From: an uncultured delta proteobacterium
GTDB taxonomy: Bacteria; Desulfobacterota; WTBG01
Assembly (NCBI GenBank): GCA_963793865.1
Contig: CAWCBP010000009.1
Location: 1 to 64,000, forward strand
Direction of reading: 5' to 3'
DNA length: 64,000 bases
Shown here: positions 42,587 through 53,030 of the stretch, in pieces
Numbering within the stretch: position 1 is the first letter of the stretch
Layout: each line of letters starts with the position of its first letter
Program-made: the position numbers and the translations under genes
The notes under the pieces: model-generated
What the model was told of the DNA's origin: nothing
Seen by the model: the letters and a program-made list of their open reading frames with translations, nothing else
Database searches by the model: none

Positions 42587-44368
42587 ATGGCTAAATCTAC
42601 CGCAGTGAATCCCAAACTTGTCCACCGGTTCGGAAAAGGATGGGTATTCAATGTTACCTATGCCCCTGATGGCAAAACCATCGCGGTGGCGACCTCTGCC
42701 GGGATTGAACTGTATGACACCGCCACCTTCAAAAGGATAAAAGTGCTTTCAAAGCACCTTGATTTTGTCGCCTCGGTAAATTTCAGTCCCAGGGGGAACC
42801 TGCTCGTCTCCGGTTCGGACGATAACACCATAAAGATTTGGGATGTGGAAGCGGGAAAAGAGATAAAGACCCTCAAGGGACACGGCGATGACATTACCTC
42901 GGTGCGGTTCAGCCCCGACGGCAAGCATATTGTCTCCGGTTCGGATGATGACACCATACGGCTCTGGGACGTCAAAAGCGGCGAGACGGTGCGGATTTTC
43001 CAGGGCCATACCAACGACGTCACCTCGGTGCGGTTCAGCCCCGACGGCAAGTACATAGCCTCCGGTTCGGATGATGACACCATCAAGCTGTGGGATTGCG
43101 CGACCGGCAAAGAGATCAGGTCCTTCAAGGGCCACAAGGATATAATCGAGTCCATCAGCTACAGCCGCGACGGCAGGCTCCTCGCTTCCTGCTCGGATGA
43201 CGAGACCATCAAGCTCTGGGAGATCAGCTCGGGCAGGAACATTAAAACCCTCGAGGGCCACACCGACTGCGTGATTGCGGTCAGCTTTTCCCCCGACGGC
43301 AAAACCCTTGCTTCGGGATCGGACGACGGCACCATTAAGCTCTGGGATGCCGGGACCGGCAGGAACATCAGAAATCTCAAGGGGCATACCGGCTATATCT
43401 GGTCTGTGGCCTTCAGTCCCGACGGGACCACCATTGCCTCTGGGTCCCGCGACAACAGCATACGGTTCTGGGATATTAAAACCGGCAAGGTGCTCGGAAC
43501 CATTGACGGGTATACCGGGCTGGTATGGTCGGTAAGCATGAGCCCGGGCGGGGATGTCTTTGCCTCCGCCCACCGCGACAACACCATTCTCATCTGGGAC
43601 GTCGCGGGCAAACGGTTGCTGAAGAAGCTGGAAGGCCACACCGATGATGTGAACACCGTCTGCTTCAGCCCCGACGGCAGGCGGCTGGTGTCGGGATCCG
43701 ATGACGATACCATTAAAATCTGGAACGTGGAGACGGGCGAAGAAGAAAAAACCCTGCAGGGGCACACCGACTATGTGGTGGCCGTCGCCTTCAGTCCCGA
43801 CGGGAAATACCTTGCCTCCGCCTCCGATGACGGCATGGTCAAGATCTGGGATCTCGGGGAAGGCAGACTGGTGAGAACGCTGAAAGGCCACCTGAGCTAT
43901 GTCTGGTCGGTTGCCTTCAGCCCTGACGGCCTTCTCCTGGCCTCGGGATCGCGGGACACCACCATACGCATCTGGGACCTGGAAACGGGCAAGACGGTCA
44001 AAACCCTGCGCGGGCACACCAGCTATGTGTGGAGCCTCTGCTTCAGCCCTGATGGCAGCCGCCTGGCCTCGGCCTCGGACGATGGAACCATCCGGCTCTG
44101 GGATTTGCAGGAAGGCAAGGAGGCGCCTCCGCCGTTCAAGGGCAGGACCAAACAGGTATGGTCACTGTGCTTCAGCCCGGACGGCAAATACCTGGTGAGC
44201 GGTTCCAACGAGGACAGAATTGCCGTATGGGATGCACGAAGCGGAGAAGAGATAAAATTCTTAAAGGGGCACACCAACATTATTGAATCGCTCAGTTTCA
44301 GCAGGGACGGCGCCTGTCTTGTTTCCGGCTCCGATGACGGGACCTGTATCCTCTGGAAGTGGAACTGA
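42587..44368 (+). CDS. Stand-alone WD40-repeat protein (14 repeats)
   Basis: 42-aa repeats GHxxxVxSVxFSPDGxxLxSGSxDxTIKLWD. Confidence 0.95.
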   Translation: MAKSTAVNPKLVHRFGKGWVFNVTYAPDGKTIAVATSAGIELYDTATFKRIKVLSKHLDFVASVNFSPRGNLLVSGSDDNTIKIWDVEAGKEIKTLKGHGDDITSVRFSPDGKHIVSGSDDDTIRLWDVKSGETVRIFQGHTNDVTSVRFSPDGKYIASGSDDDTIKLWDCATGKEIRSFKGHKDIIESISYSRDGRLLASCSDDETIKLWEISSGRNIKTLEGHTDCVIAVSFSPDGKTLASGSDDGTIKLWDAGTGRNIRNLKGHTGYIWSVAFSPDGTTIASGSRDNSIRFWDIKTGKVLGTIDGYTGLVWSVSMSPGGDVFASAHRDNTILIWDVAGKRLLKKLEGHTDDVNTVCFSPDGRRLVSGSDDDTIKIWNVETGEEEKTLQGHTDYVVAVAFSPDGKYLASASDDGMVKIWDLGEGRLVRTLKGHLSYVWSVAFSPDGLLLASGSRDTTIRIWDLETGKTVKTLRGHTSYVWSLCFSPDGSRLASASDDGTIRLWDLQEGKEAPPPFKGRTKQVWSLCFSPDGKYLVSGSNEDRIAVWDARSGEEIKFLKGHTNIIESLSFSRDGACLVSGSDDGTCILWKWN

Positions 44369-44452
44369 TTAAGATACCCCGCGGAAAGCACCAGGTCAGC
44401 CCCGGACAAAAAGGGGGTGCGCTTGTGTTGCGGGAAAGCGCGGAAAGGCTGT

Positions 44453-44743
44453 ATGCTGTCCAAGAAGACAAAAAGAAAGTACGCTGACAAGAAAAAGCAG
44501 AGCAACTATTCGAAGGTCTACCTGCAGCTTATCGACAAGTGGTGCATCCGGTGCAAGGTATGCGCCGAGCTCTGCCCCGACAAGGTTCTGGGCATAAACG
44601 AGTATGGCTATCCGGAGGTGAGGAAGCCCATCGAGTGCGAGGCGTGCAACATCTGCGTGCTGGCCTGCCCCGGCTTTGCCCTTTCCCTGGTTGAAAAGAA
44701 GGCCAGGTCGCTGCTGCAGATTTTAGGAGGCGAGCACACGTGA
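44453..44743 (+). CDS. 2x[4Fe-4S] ferredoxin-like protein with a basic N-terminus
   Basis: CIRCKVCAELCP and CEACNICVLACP; overlaps the AOR start. Confidence 0.85.
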   Translation: MLSKKTKRKYADKKKQSNYSKVYLQLIDKWCIRCKVCAELCPDKVLGINEYGYPEVRKPIECEACNICVLACPGFALSLVEKKARSLLQILGGEHT

Positions 44744-46572
44744 ACGGTTGGATGGGCAGGCTGCTGAGGGTTAACCTGACGGACGGCACCATAAGGACCG
44801 AGGAGCTGCCCGGCGATCTGGCTCGCCTGTACCTGGGCGGGCGCGGGCTGGCCACAAAAATTCTCTATGACGAGCTGGATGTGAAGCTCGATGCCCTGAG
44901 TCCGGATAACAAGATGGTGTTTATGACCGGGCCTTTGACCGGCACGGGCGCCCCGGGCGGGGCCTCCTATGTGGTGGTTACCAAGGCACCCCTCTCCGGC
45001 AGCATTGCCTGTTCCACCGCCGAGGGATACTTCGGTCCGGAGCTTAAGTTTGCCGGTTTTGACGGCATTATTGTTGAAGGAAGGGCCCCGGAGCCCGTCT
45101 ATCTTTCCATAGAAGACCAAAAGGTCGAGATTCTTTCGGCATCGCATCTCTGGGGCAAGTCCACGCTCAAGACCGAGGAGCTCATCCGCAGGGAAAAGGA
45201 TAATCTCTGGATTGCCCAGGAAACGTCGGTGGCCTCCATCGGGCCTGCCGGTGAAAAGCTGGCCAAGATTGCCTCCATTGTCAATGACCGGCACCGGGTG
45301 GCCGCCCGGGCAGGGGTGGGGGCGGTGATGGGTTCGAAAAACCTCAAGGCCATCGCCGTCAGGGGCACCACATCGGTGACCCTTGCGGACGGCGCAAAGT
45401 TCATGGACGCGGCGGCGCGCGCCTGGGAAAAATTTAAAACCACCCCGGTGATTCCCCAGGCGCTCAACAATATCGGCACGCCGTTTCTGGTTGACCTCAT
45501 CAATGATTGCGGCGCGCTCCCGGTGCGGAACTTCCAGACCGGGGTGATGCAGGATCACGAAAAGATAAGCGGCGAGCGCATGGCCGAAACCATTCTCAAG
45601 GCCAACAAGGGGTGCTTTGCCTGCCCCATTGCCTGCGTGCAGATGACCGAGGTTACCGATCCCGCCTTTCTGGGCAGGGGCGAGGGGCCGGAGTACCGCA
45701 CCATAGCCCTCATCGGCGCGGGATGCGGCATTACCAACATCAATGCCATTGCCAGGATCAGCTATCTCTGCGACGAGATGGGGATCGACACCCTGTCCTT
45801 CGGCGCGGCGGTGGCCTGTGCCATGGAGCTGACCGAGAAAAAAATAATTTCCAAAAACGAGACGGGCATGACGCTCGACTTCGGGAACGCGGAGGCGGTG
45901 CTGGAGATGGTCGAGCAGGTGGCCAACCGCCGGGGCTTCGGTGAACTGCTGGCTGAGGGCGGCTACCAGCTGGCGCTGCGCTATAACCATCCTGAATATT
46001 TCATGGGCGTTCGCAAGCAGGGGGCCCCCGCGTTTGATCCCCGGGGGGTCCAGGGTCTGTGCCTCGAGTATGCCACCTCCAACAGCGGCGTATCCCATTC
46101 CATCGGTTACCTGGTGACCCACAAGATGCTCGGCATCCGGGGTGAGATCGACACCCGGGCCATCGAGGGCAAGGCGCCGCTGGTCAAGCTGTTCCAGGAC
46201 GTCAATGCCGTGTTTGATGCCGCGGGTCTGTGCCGGCTGCTGCTCCTGGGGATCTGGGTGGAAGAAATCGTTCCACTGCTTGCAAGCGCAACCGGCATCG
46301 CCTGTACCGAAGACGAACTGCTCACCGCGGGCGAGCGCATTTGGAACCTCGAGCGGCTGTTCAATATCCGGGCCGGCTTCAGCGGCGCGGATGACACCCT
46401 TCCCCGCAGGATGCTCCAGGAGCCCATGCCCGAGGGACCCGCCCAGGGTCAGCTCTGCAGGCTCAAGGAAATGCTCCCCGAATATTACGCCATACGGGGA
46501 TGGGACGGGCAGGGGGTGCCGACGGAAGAGAAGTGCAGATCGCTGGGCCTCGATCGGGATGGCAAGCCTTAG
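44740..46572 (+). CDS. W/Mo aldehyde:ferredoxin oxidoreductase family protein
   Basis: LRVNL, LGGRGL, IGPAGE, GAVMGSKNLKAI, CFACPIAC, CDEMGIDT and YYAIRGWD motifs. Confidence 0.93.
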   Translation: MNGWMGRLLRVNLTDGTIRTEELPGDLARLYLGGRGLATKILYDELDVKLDALSPDNKMVFMTGPLTGTGAPGGASYVVVTKAPLSGSIACSTAEGYFGPELKFAGFDGIIVEGRAPEPVYLSIEDQKVEILSASHLWGKSTLKTEELIRREKDNLWIAQETSVASIGPAGEKLAKIASIVNDRHRVAARAGVGAVMGSKNLKAIAVRGTTSVTLADGAKFMDAAARAWEKFKTTPVIPQALNNIGTPFLVDLINDCGALPVRNFQTGVMQDHEKISGERMAETILKANKGCFACPIACVQMTEVTDPAFLGRGEGPEYRTIALIGAGCGITNINAIARISYLCDEMGIDTLSFGAAVACAMELTEKKIISKNETGMTLDFGNAEAVLEMVEQVANRRGFGELLAEGGYQLALRYNHPEYFMGVRKQGAPAFDPRGVQGLCLEYATSNSGVSHSIGYLVTHKMLGIRGEIDTRAIEGKAPLVKLFQDVNAVFDAAGLCRLLLLGIWVEEIVPLLASATGIACTEDELLTAGERIWNLERLFNIRAGFSGADDTLPRRMLQEPMPEGPAQGQLCRLKEMLPEYYAIRGWDGQGVPTEEKCRSLGLDRDGKP

Positions 46573-46587
46573 GGTAAGGAGCGCAGG

Positions 46588-47025
46588 TTGAAAAAGCTTA
46601 AAATAGACTTCAAGCAGTGCTGCGGCTGCAGGCGATGCGAGGTGGCCTGCTCCCTCAATCACTTCGAGAACAGCGTCAACCCCAAAAAGTCGCGCATCCG
46701 GGTGATGGAGGCGGGTGATGTCTTCTACCCGGTGGTGGCCGGCCCGTTTAACAACGCCGAATGCACCTCCAAGAATATATTTGTCTTCGAAGGGCGGGAG
46801 ATTGACGAGTGCATTATCTGCCGGGCCTCCTGTCCCATCAAGCCCTGGTTCAAGGAGCCCGGGACGGATGTGCTGCTCAAATGCGATTTCTGCGGCGACC
46901 CGCCGGACCCGGCCTGCGTGAAGTGGTGTCCCTGCCAGGCGATCACCCTGGTTGATGAAGAGGGTCACATTGAGATCAAGGTCGAGGACGTCAAAAAGGA
47001 TTACCAGCGCAAGAAGGCAAAGTAA
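46588..47025 (+). CDS. FeS protein resembling BamC (small subunit of class II benzoyl-CoA reductase)
   Basis: CCGCRRCEVACS, ECIICRASCP..PWFKEP...LLKCDFC and CVKWC match my recollection of the BamC pattern. Confidence 0.7.
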   Translation: MKKLKIDFKQCCGCRRCEVACSLNHFENSVNPKKSRIRVMEAGDVFYPVVAGPFNNAECTSKNIFVFEGREIDECIICRASCPIKPWFKEPGTDVLLKCDFCGDPPDPACVKWCPCQAITLVDEEGHIEIKVEDVKKDYQRKKAK

Positions 47026-47104
47026 ATGGGTCCGCAGCAGAGCTGCGGCACATCGGATGCTTTAAACTCACGGTATTCGTCGCAAACTGAAGGAAGGCGA
47101 TTGC

Positions 47105-50100
47105 ATGTCAGAGCCCGTTGCTGCAAAGGAAAGCGCGATTGTCGGATCGGTGCTGGTGGCGGGAGGGGGCGTTGGCGGGGTGCAGGCTTCGCTGGACCTG
47201 GCCGATGCCGGGTACTTCGTCTACCTGGTTGAGCGGTCCCCGGTTATCGGCGGCGCCATGGCCCAGCTGGACAAGACCTTTCCCACCAACGACTGCTCCA
47301 TGTGCATCCTTTCCCCCAAGCTGGTGGAATGCGGCAGGCACCTCAACATTGAAATATTGACCCATTCCCGGATTACCGGCATCACCGGGGAGCCGGGAAA
47401 CTTCAGGGTTTCCGTCCTGCGCCAGCCGTCCTACGTGGATCCGGCCAAGTGTGTCGCCTGCGGCGCCTGCGCCGAGAAGTGTCCCTCGAAGGTGAACGAC
47501 GAGTTCAACGAGGGGTTTTCCCAGCGCCGGGCCATTTCCATCCCCTATCCCCAGGCAGTGCCCCACGTCTACCATATCGATCCCCGCTCCTGCCGCTACC
47601 TGACCAAGGGCAAGTGCCAGCTCTGCGTCAAGGTTTGCAAGGCCGGGGCCATCAACTTCGAGATGAAGGAGGAGGCGCGCGAGCTCCCGGTGGGCGCAGT
47701 GATCCTGTCGCCGGGGTTCGACGAATACGATGCCGCCAGAAAATATCCCTTCGGCTACGGCCGGTACGAGAATGTGGTTACCAGCATTCAATTCGAGCGC
47801 CTGCTTTCCGCTTCCGGCCCCTTTGAGGGCCACGTGCGGCGCCCCTCGGACAAGGCCGAGCCCGGGCGTGTCGCCTTTATCCAGTGCGTCGGCTCGCGGG
47901 ATGTTCAGTACGGCAACGGCTACTGCTCCGGCGTGTGCTGCATGTACGCAGTCAAGGAGTCGATTATTGCCAGGGAGCACGCCCCGGAGATGGACATCAC
48001 CGTTTTTTACATGGACATCCGGGCGTATGGCAAGGGCTTTGACGCTTACTACGAAGAAGCCAGGGAAAAACACGGCATACGCTTTGTTCCCTCCAACGTG
48101 TCATCGGTCAAAGAGCTGCCGGACACGCGCAACCTGCTGGTGAAATACGTCAGCGAAGAGGGAAGGGTGCGGGAAGAGGAGTTCGATCTGGTGGTGCTCT
48201 CGGTGGGGCTGGAGCCCTCACGAAGCAGCAAAGAGCTGGCCCGGGCGCTGGGCATTGACCTCAACCGGCATCACTTCTGCAGCTCGGGGATGTTCACGCC
48301 GCTCAACACCAGCAGGCCGGGCATCTTTGTGACCGGCCTTTTCCAGGGGCCCAAGGACATCCCGGAAACGGTGGCCCAGTCAAGCGGCGCGGCGGGCCTT
48401 GCCGCAGCCCTGCTCAGCCCCGCGCGCAAAACGCTGGTGCAGGAGAAAAAGCTCCCCGCCGAGCTTGACGTGTCGGGGCAGGTTCCCCGCATCGGGGTGT
48501 TTGTCTGCCACTGCGGCATCAACATCGGCTCGGTGGTGGACGTGAAGTCGGTGGTGGCCTCCGCCAGGGAACTCCCCAACGTGGTGTATGCGGAGGAAAA
48601 CCTCTACAGCTGCTCCCAGGACACCCAGGAAAAAATCAAGGCGCTCATTGCCGAGCACAAGCTCAACCGGGTGGTGGTTGCCTCCTGCTCGCCCCGCACC
48701 CACGAGCCCCTGTTTCAGGAAACCATCCAGGAGGCGGGACTCAACCGCTACCTGTTCGAGCTGGCCAACATACGAGACCAGTGCAGCTGGGTGCACCAGC
48801 AGGACAAGGAGGCGGCAACGGAAAAAGCCAGGGACCTGGTGCGCATGGCGGTGGCGCGGGCCGGCCTGATCGCGCCGCTCAAGCGGCTCACCCTGGAGCT
48901 CAATCCTTCCGCGCTGGTTGTCGGCGGGGGCATTGCGGGCATGGTAAGCGCCCTCAACCTGGCCGATCAGGGCTTTTCGGTCTACCTCCTGGAAAAAGAA
49001 GCGGCGCTGGGTGGGGTGGCACGCTCCCTGTACAGCACCCTGGAAGGCGGGAATGTGCAGGAATATCTGAACTCGCTCATCGGCCGGGTGCTGCAGCATC
49101 CGCGCATCACCGTGTACACGGATGCCGAGCTGAAGAAGGTTTCGGGGTATGTGGGCAGCTACACCTCAACTGTTGCCGTCAAGGGCAGGGAGGAGCCGGT
49201 CGAGATCAGTCACGGCGCGGCGATAATCGCCAGCGGGGCCAGTGAGTTCAAGACCGACGAATACGGCTACGGGAAGGACCGCCGCGTGCTTACCCAGAAG
49301 GAGCTGGAGGGCGAGCTGCAGAAAAAGAGCCCCCGGCTGAAGAAGGCAAAGAACGTGGTCATGATCCAGTGCGTGGGATCGCGCAGCGAGGAGCGCCCGT
49401 ACTGCAGCAGGATCTGTTGCACCCAGGCGGTAAAGCACGCGCTGATGCTGAAGGAGCGCAACCCGGAGGTGAATGTCTACATTCTCTACCGGGACATGAT
49501 GACCTATGGATTCAAGGAAGACTACTACCAGCAGGCCCGTGAAAAGGGCATTGTGTTTATCCGCTATGATCGGGCCGACAGGCCCGAGGTAAAATTTGTC
49601 AAGGGAGACGAGGAGGACAGCCTGGTGGTCATTGCCCGGGATCCCTTCCTTGACACCCGGCTTTCCATCGAAACCGACCTGCTGGTGCTTTCGGTGGCAA
49701 CCGTTCCGCCCGAAAGCAACCGGGAGCTGGGACAGCTTTTTAAGGTCCCCCTGAGCAGTGAGGGCTTTTTCCTGGAGGCCCACGTCAAGCTGCGGCCGGT
49801 GGATTTTGCCACCGACGGTGTCTTTGTCTGCGGCATGGCCCACTACCCCAAGCACATTGAAGAGACCATCGCCCAGGCAAACGCGGTGGGCTCGCGCGCC
49901 GGGATCCTGCTCGCCCGGGGAAGGGTTGAGGCGGAGGCAAACATAGCGGTTATCGATGAGAAGCGCTGCAAGGGGTGCGGTCTCTGCGTCGAGGTCTGCC
50001 CCTACAAGGCGTATCAGCCTGGAGGACCGGATGGTGCGCCTGGAGTCGATGGAGTTCAACGCCCGCAAGGCGGCGGTCAATCCCGCATCCTGCAAGGGAT

Positions 50101-50222
50101 GCGGTTCCTGCGCCGCCACCTGCCCGGTGGGGGCCATTTCCCCGCTCCATTTCACCACCGTACAGATAGAAGCCATGATTGATCAGGCAGCAGTAAAAAT
50201 GGAGAAAGCGTCCAATGAGTGA
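47105..50222 (+). CDS. hdrA: Large HdrA-like (BamE-type) flavo-FeS protein, Cys form; +1 frameshift near 50012
   Basis: [17 protein letters not shown], two FAD domains, CVGSRD..YCSGVCC and FVCHCG; the final [12 protein letters not shown] lies in the adjacent frame. Confidence 0.9.
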
Positions 50223-50649
50223 GCAGCACAACTTCACCCCCCGCATCGTCGCCTTCTGCTGCAACTGGTGCAGCTATGCCGGCGCCGATCTGGCCGGGGT
50301 AAGCCGCATGCAGTATCCCGCCACGGCGCGGATCATACGGGTCATGTGCTCAAGCCGCATCGACCCCACCATGATCCTGCGCGCGTTTCTCGACGGCGCC
50401 GACGGGGTGCTGGTGGCCGGGTGACACCTCGGCGAATGTCATTACCAGGATGGTAATTACAACACCGAGAGAAGATTAAACAACGCCACCCGTTATCTGG
50501 AGCGAATGGGTATTGCCGGAGCGCGCTTCCGCCTGGAGTGGATATCCGCGTCCGAAGGGGGAAAGTTCGCCGAGGTGATGCGCGATTTTACCGAGGATCT
50601 CAAGGGCCTGGGGCCCATGAAACGTGAAGGAGTGCAGGCAGGTGAATAG
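50215..50649 (+). CDS. mvhD: MvhD-like [2Fe-2S] selenoprotein (TGA at 50422-50424 read as Sec), 144 aa
   Basis: FCCNWCSY and RVMCSSR, then VAG-TGA-HLGECHY..GN...LEWISASEG continuing in frame. Confidence 0.9.
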
Positions 50650-51658
50650 CGTGCTGGTTGTGGGCGGCGGCATTGCCGGTTTGCAGGCGGCAGACAGTCT
50701 GGCGCGCGCGGGAGTGGAGGTTATCCTGGCGGAGCGCGAGGACGATCTGGGCGGGAACCTCAAGTCCCTGGGGACCATTTTTGGGGACGGCAGGCAGGCC
50801 GCGGAACTTATCGAAATGCGGGCCAGGGCAATCAGCTCCTCGGCCAAAGTCACCATATGCACCGGCACGGAGGTTGTCTCGCTGGGGGGCGCGTATCCCC
50901 GCCTGAAGGCATCGCTCAAGACCCCGGGAGGATCGCGCGAGGTGGAGTGCCGTTCGGTCATTCTGGCCACGGGCTTCACCCCCTTCAACCCCTCAGGGAT
51001 GAAGCGCTACGGGTTCGGCAAACACCCTGATGTGATTACCGCCCTGGAGCTGGCGGGAAAGCTGAAAGAGGGCAGGTTGGTCAGAAACTCAAACGGAGAA
51101 AAGCCGGGCTCGCTGGTCTTTATCCAGTGCATCGGCTCGCGTGACCTGCGCACCCACACTTACTGCTCCGCGTTTTGCTGCATGTATGCGGTTCATTTTG
51201 CCCTGCAGGTCAAGGAGCGGCTTCCTCGGTGCCGGGTCGAGGTGCTGTACATGGACATCAGAACGCCGTTTTGCGCCGAGCTGGACTATGAAGCTGCCCG
51301 CCGGAAGGGCATCGGCTTCATCCGCAGCAAGCCCGCCGCGGTGCGGGCGGAACGGGAAAACGGCCGGCTTGCCGTGCAGTACGAGGACACCCTTGACGGC
51401 GGACTGCGCTTTTTGCCGGCGGACATGGTAGTGCTCTCAATCGGCGCGGAGCCACCCCCGGATGCAGCCTCCATGGCCGCTTCGCTTCAGATTGCCACCG
51501 AAGAGTCGGGATTTTTTGCACCTGAGCCGGCCCCGGTATGCACCCGGGCAAAAGGGGTGTTTGTGGCCGGCGCTGCCGGCGGCCCCAGGGATATACGGAC
51601 CTGCCTGGCGGAGGGCACGGCTGCCGCGGCACAGGCGGCGATTCTCTGCAGGGAGTAG
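50642..51658 (+). CDS. Short single-FAD-domain HdrA-like protein
   Basis: VGGGIAG, QCIGSRD..YCSAFCC and YMDIR; no ferredoxin inserts. Confidence 0.85.
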   Translation: MNSVLVVGGGIAGLQAADSLARAGVEVILAEREDDLGGNLKSLGTIFGDGRQAAELIEMRARAISSSAKVTICTGTEVVSLGGAYPRLKASLKTPGGSREVECRSVILATGFTPFNPSGMKRYGFGKHPDVITALELAGKLKEGRLVRNSNGEKPGSLVFIQCIGSRDLRTHTYCSAFCCMYAVHFALQVKERLPRCRVEVLYMDIRTPFCAELDYEAARRKGIGFIRSKPAAVRAERENGRLAVQYEDTLDGGLRFLPADMVVLSIGAEPPPDAASMAASLQIATEESGFFAPEPAPVCTRAKGVFVAGAAGGPRDIRTCLAEGTAAAAQAAILCRE

Positions 51659-51664
51659 ACGGGT

Positions 51665-52123
51665 ATGGACCTTCGCCCCGATTTAAGCACATACTACGGC
51701 ACCGAGAACCTCTACGAGTGCTACCAGTGCGGGACCTGCACCGGCGGGTGCCCGGTCAACCGCTATCTTCCGGAGTTTAATGTCCGGGCCATCGTGAAGC
51801 GGATCATGGAGGGGGACATCGACCTCTCCGACCGCGCGCTCTGGTACTGCACCACCTGTTACAACTGCTACGAGCGCTGCCCGCAGCAGGTGAAGCCCCT
51901 TTACCAGGTGCAGGCGGCCACCAACATCGCCTATGCAAAAGGCCTTGCGCCGGACGCGGTCAAGGACATGAACCGGATAGTGCTCAAGTGCGGCCGCAAC
52001 AGCGAGATCACCAGCGCCGCCAGGAATCAGCGGCAGGCCTTCGGGCTTCCGGCGCTGAAAGAGGATGTGTCGGAGGACTACCGGAAGATTGCCGCCCTGA
52101 CCGGATTCAGCAAAGGATTGTAA
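51665..52123 (+). CDS. hdrC: HdrC-like 2x[4Fe-4S] protein
   Basis: CYQCGTCTGGCP and WYCTTCYNCYERCP. Confidence 0.9.
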   Translation: MDLRPDLSTYYGTENLYECYQCGTCTGGCPVNRYLPEFNVRAIVKRIMEGDIDLSDRALWYCTTCYNCYERCPQQVKPLYQVQAATNIAYAKGLAPDAVKDMNRIVLKCGRNSEITSAARNQRQAFGLPALKEDVSEDYRKIAALTGFSKGL

Positions 52124-52993
52124 ATGAGCTACGCCTTTTATCCGGGATGTGTCATCCCCCTTCAGGCGCCCAACTACGAGCTGTCGGCACGGGCGGTGAT
52201 GAAGGAGCTTGCCATTCCCGTCACCGATATCGAGGATTTCGGGTGCTGCGGGGTGCTGGCCGGCCCGCTCGACGGATTTACCATGCTCGCCTTTGCCGCC
52301 AGGAATATTGCCCTTGCGGAGACCCGGGGCCTTGACGTCATCACCCTCTGCAACGGGTGCTTCGGGACGCTGAGCAAGGCCGCCCACCAGCTGGAACATA
52401 AAGAGGTGCGGGACAAGGTAAATGCCGTGCTCAAGGAGATCGGCCTGGAGGTGCAGGGCAAAGCCAGGGTCTATCACTTTCACCAGATTCTCTACGATGT
52501 CATCGGGCTGGAGGAGATCCGGAAGAGAAACAAGCTGGATCTGAGCGGCTGCGCCATCGGCTGCCACAACGGCTGTCACCTGGTCAAGCCGAGCGATGTG
52601 CTCCATTTTGACCGGGCGGCCTATCCCCGCAAGCTGGAAGACATGGTGGCGGCCACCACCGCGCGGGCGGTGCCGCCCCAGGGGTTCGAGCACTGCTGCG
52701 GATCGCTGCTCCTGCCGCACAACCAGGATTCATCCTATGCCTTCGCGGTAAAGGCGGTGGAACAGAAAGGGGCGGTGGATGCCATTATTGTCAACTGCCC
52801 GGGATGCTTCAGGCAGCTGGACCTGGGGCAGGTGATGGCCAAGAGAAAGTTCAACAAGACCCTGAATACCCCGGTGGTCTTTTACTCGCAGCTCCTCGGC
52901 CTGGCCCTGGGCATCCCCGCCAAGGAGCTGGGGCTGGACACGGTTCATAAAATCAAAACCAGCGCGCTGCTGGAAAAATGCAAGCCTGCCTGA
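52124..52993 (+). CDS. hdrB: HdrB-like CCG-domain protein
   Basis: FYPGC, CCG, CNGC, GCH, CCG and CPGC (two CCG domains). Confidence 0.9.
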   Translation: MSYAFYPGCVIPLQAPNYELSARAVMKELAIPVTDIEDFGCCGVLAGPLDGFTMLAFAARNIALAETRGLDVITLCNGCFGTLSKAAHQLEHKEVRDKVNAVLKEIGLEVQGKARVYHFHQILYDVIGLEEIRKRNKLDLSGCAIGCHNGCHLVKPSDVLHFDRAAYPRKLEDMVAATTARAVPPQGFEHCCGSLLLPHNQDSSYAFAVKAVEQKGAVDAIIVNCPGCFRQLDLGQVMAKRKFNKTLNTPVVFYSQLLGLALGIPAKELGLDTVHKIKTSALLEKCKPA

Positions 52994-53030
52994 GCATGGT
53001 TGTGTTGCGGGGGCAGTGCGGCAGGATTGT

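Noticed and set aside
42700..44350. 126-bp periodic DNA repeats
   Set aside because: Fully explained by WD40 coding repeats.
44740..46572. Calling the AOR gene bamB
   Set aside because: Its N-terminus and GPEY region resemble classical AOR more than my recollection of BamB, and no bamGHI or benzoyl-CoA pathway genes are in the window.
44608..46968. 786-aa minus-strand ORF and similar long antisense ORFs (17965-18978, 42749-44017, 49166-50176, 59438-60544)
   Set aside because: They overlap well-supported genes on the opposite strand and lack recognisable motifs.
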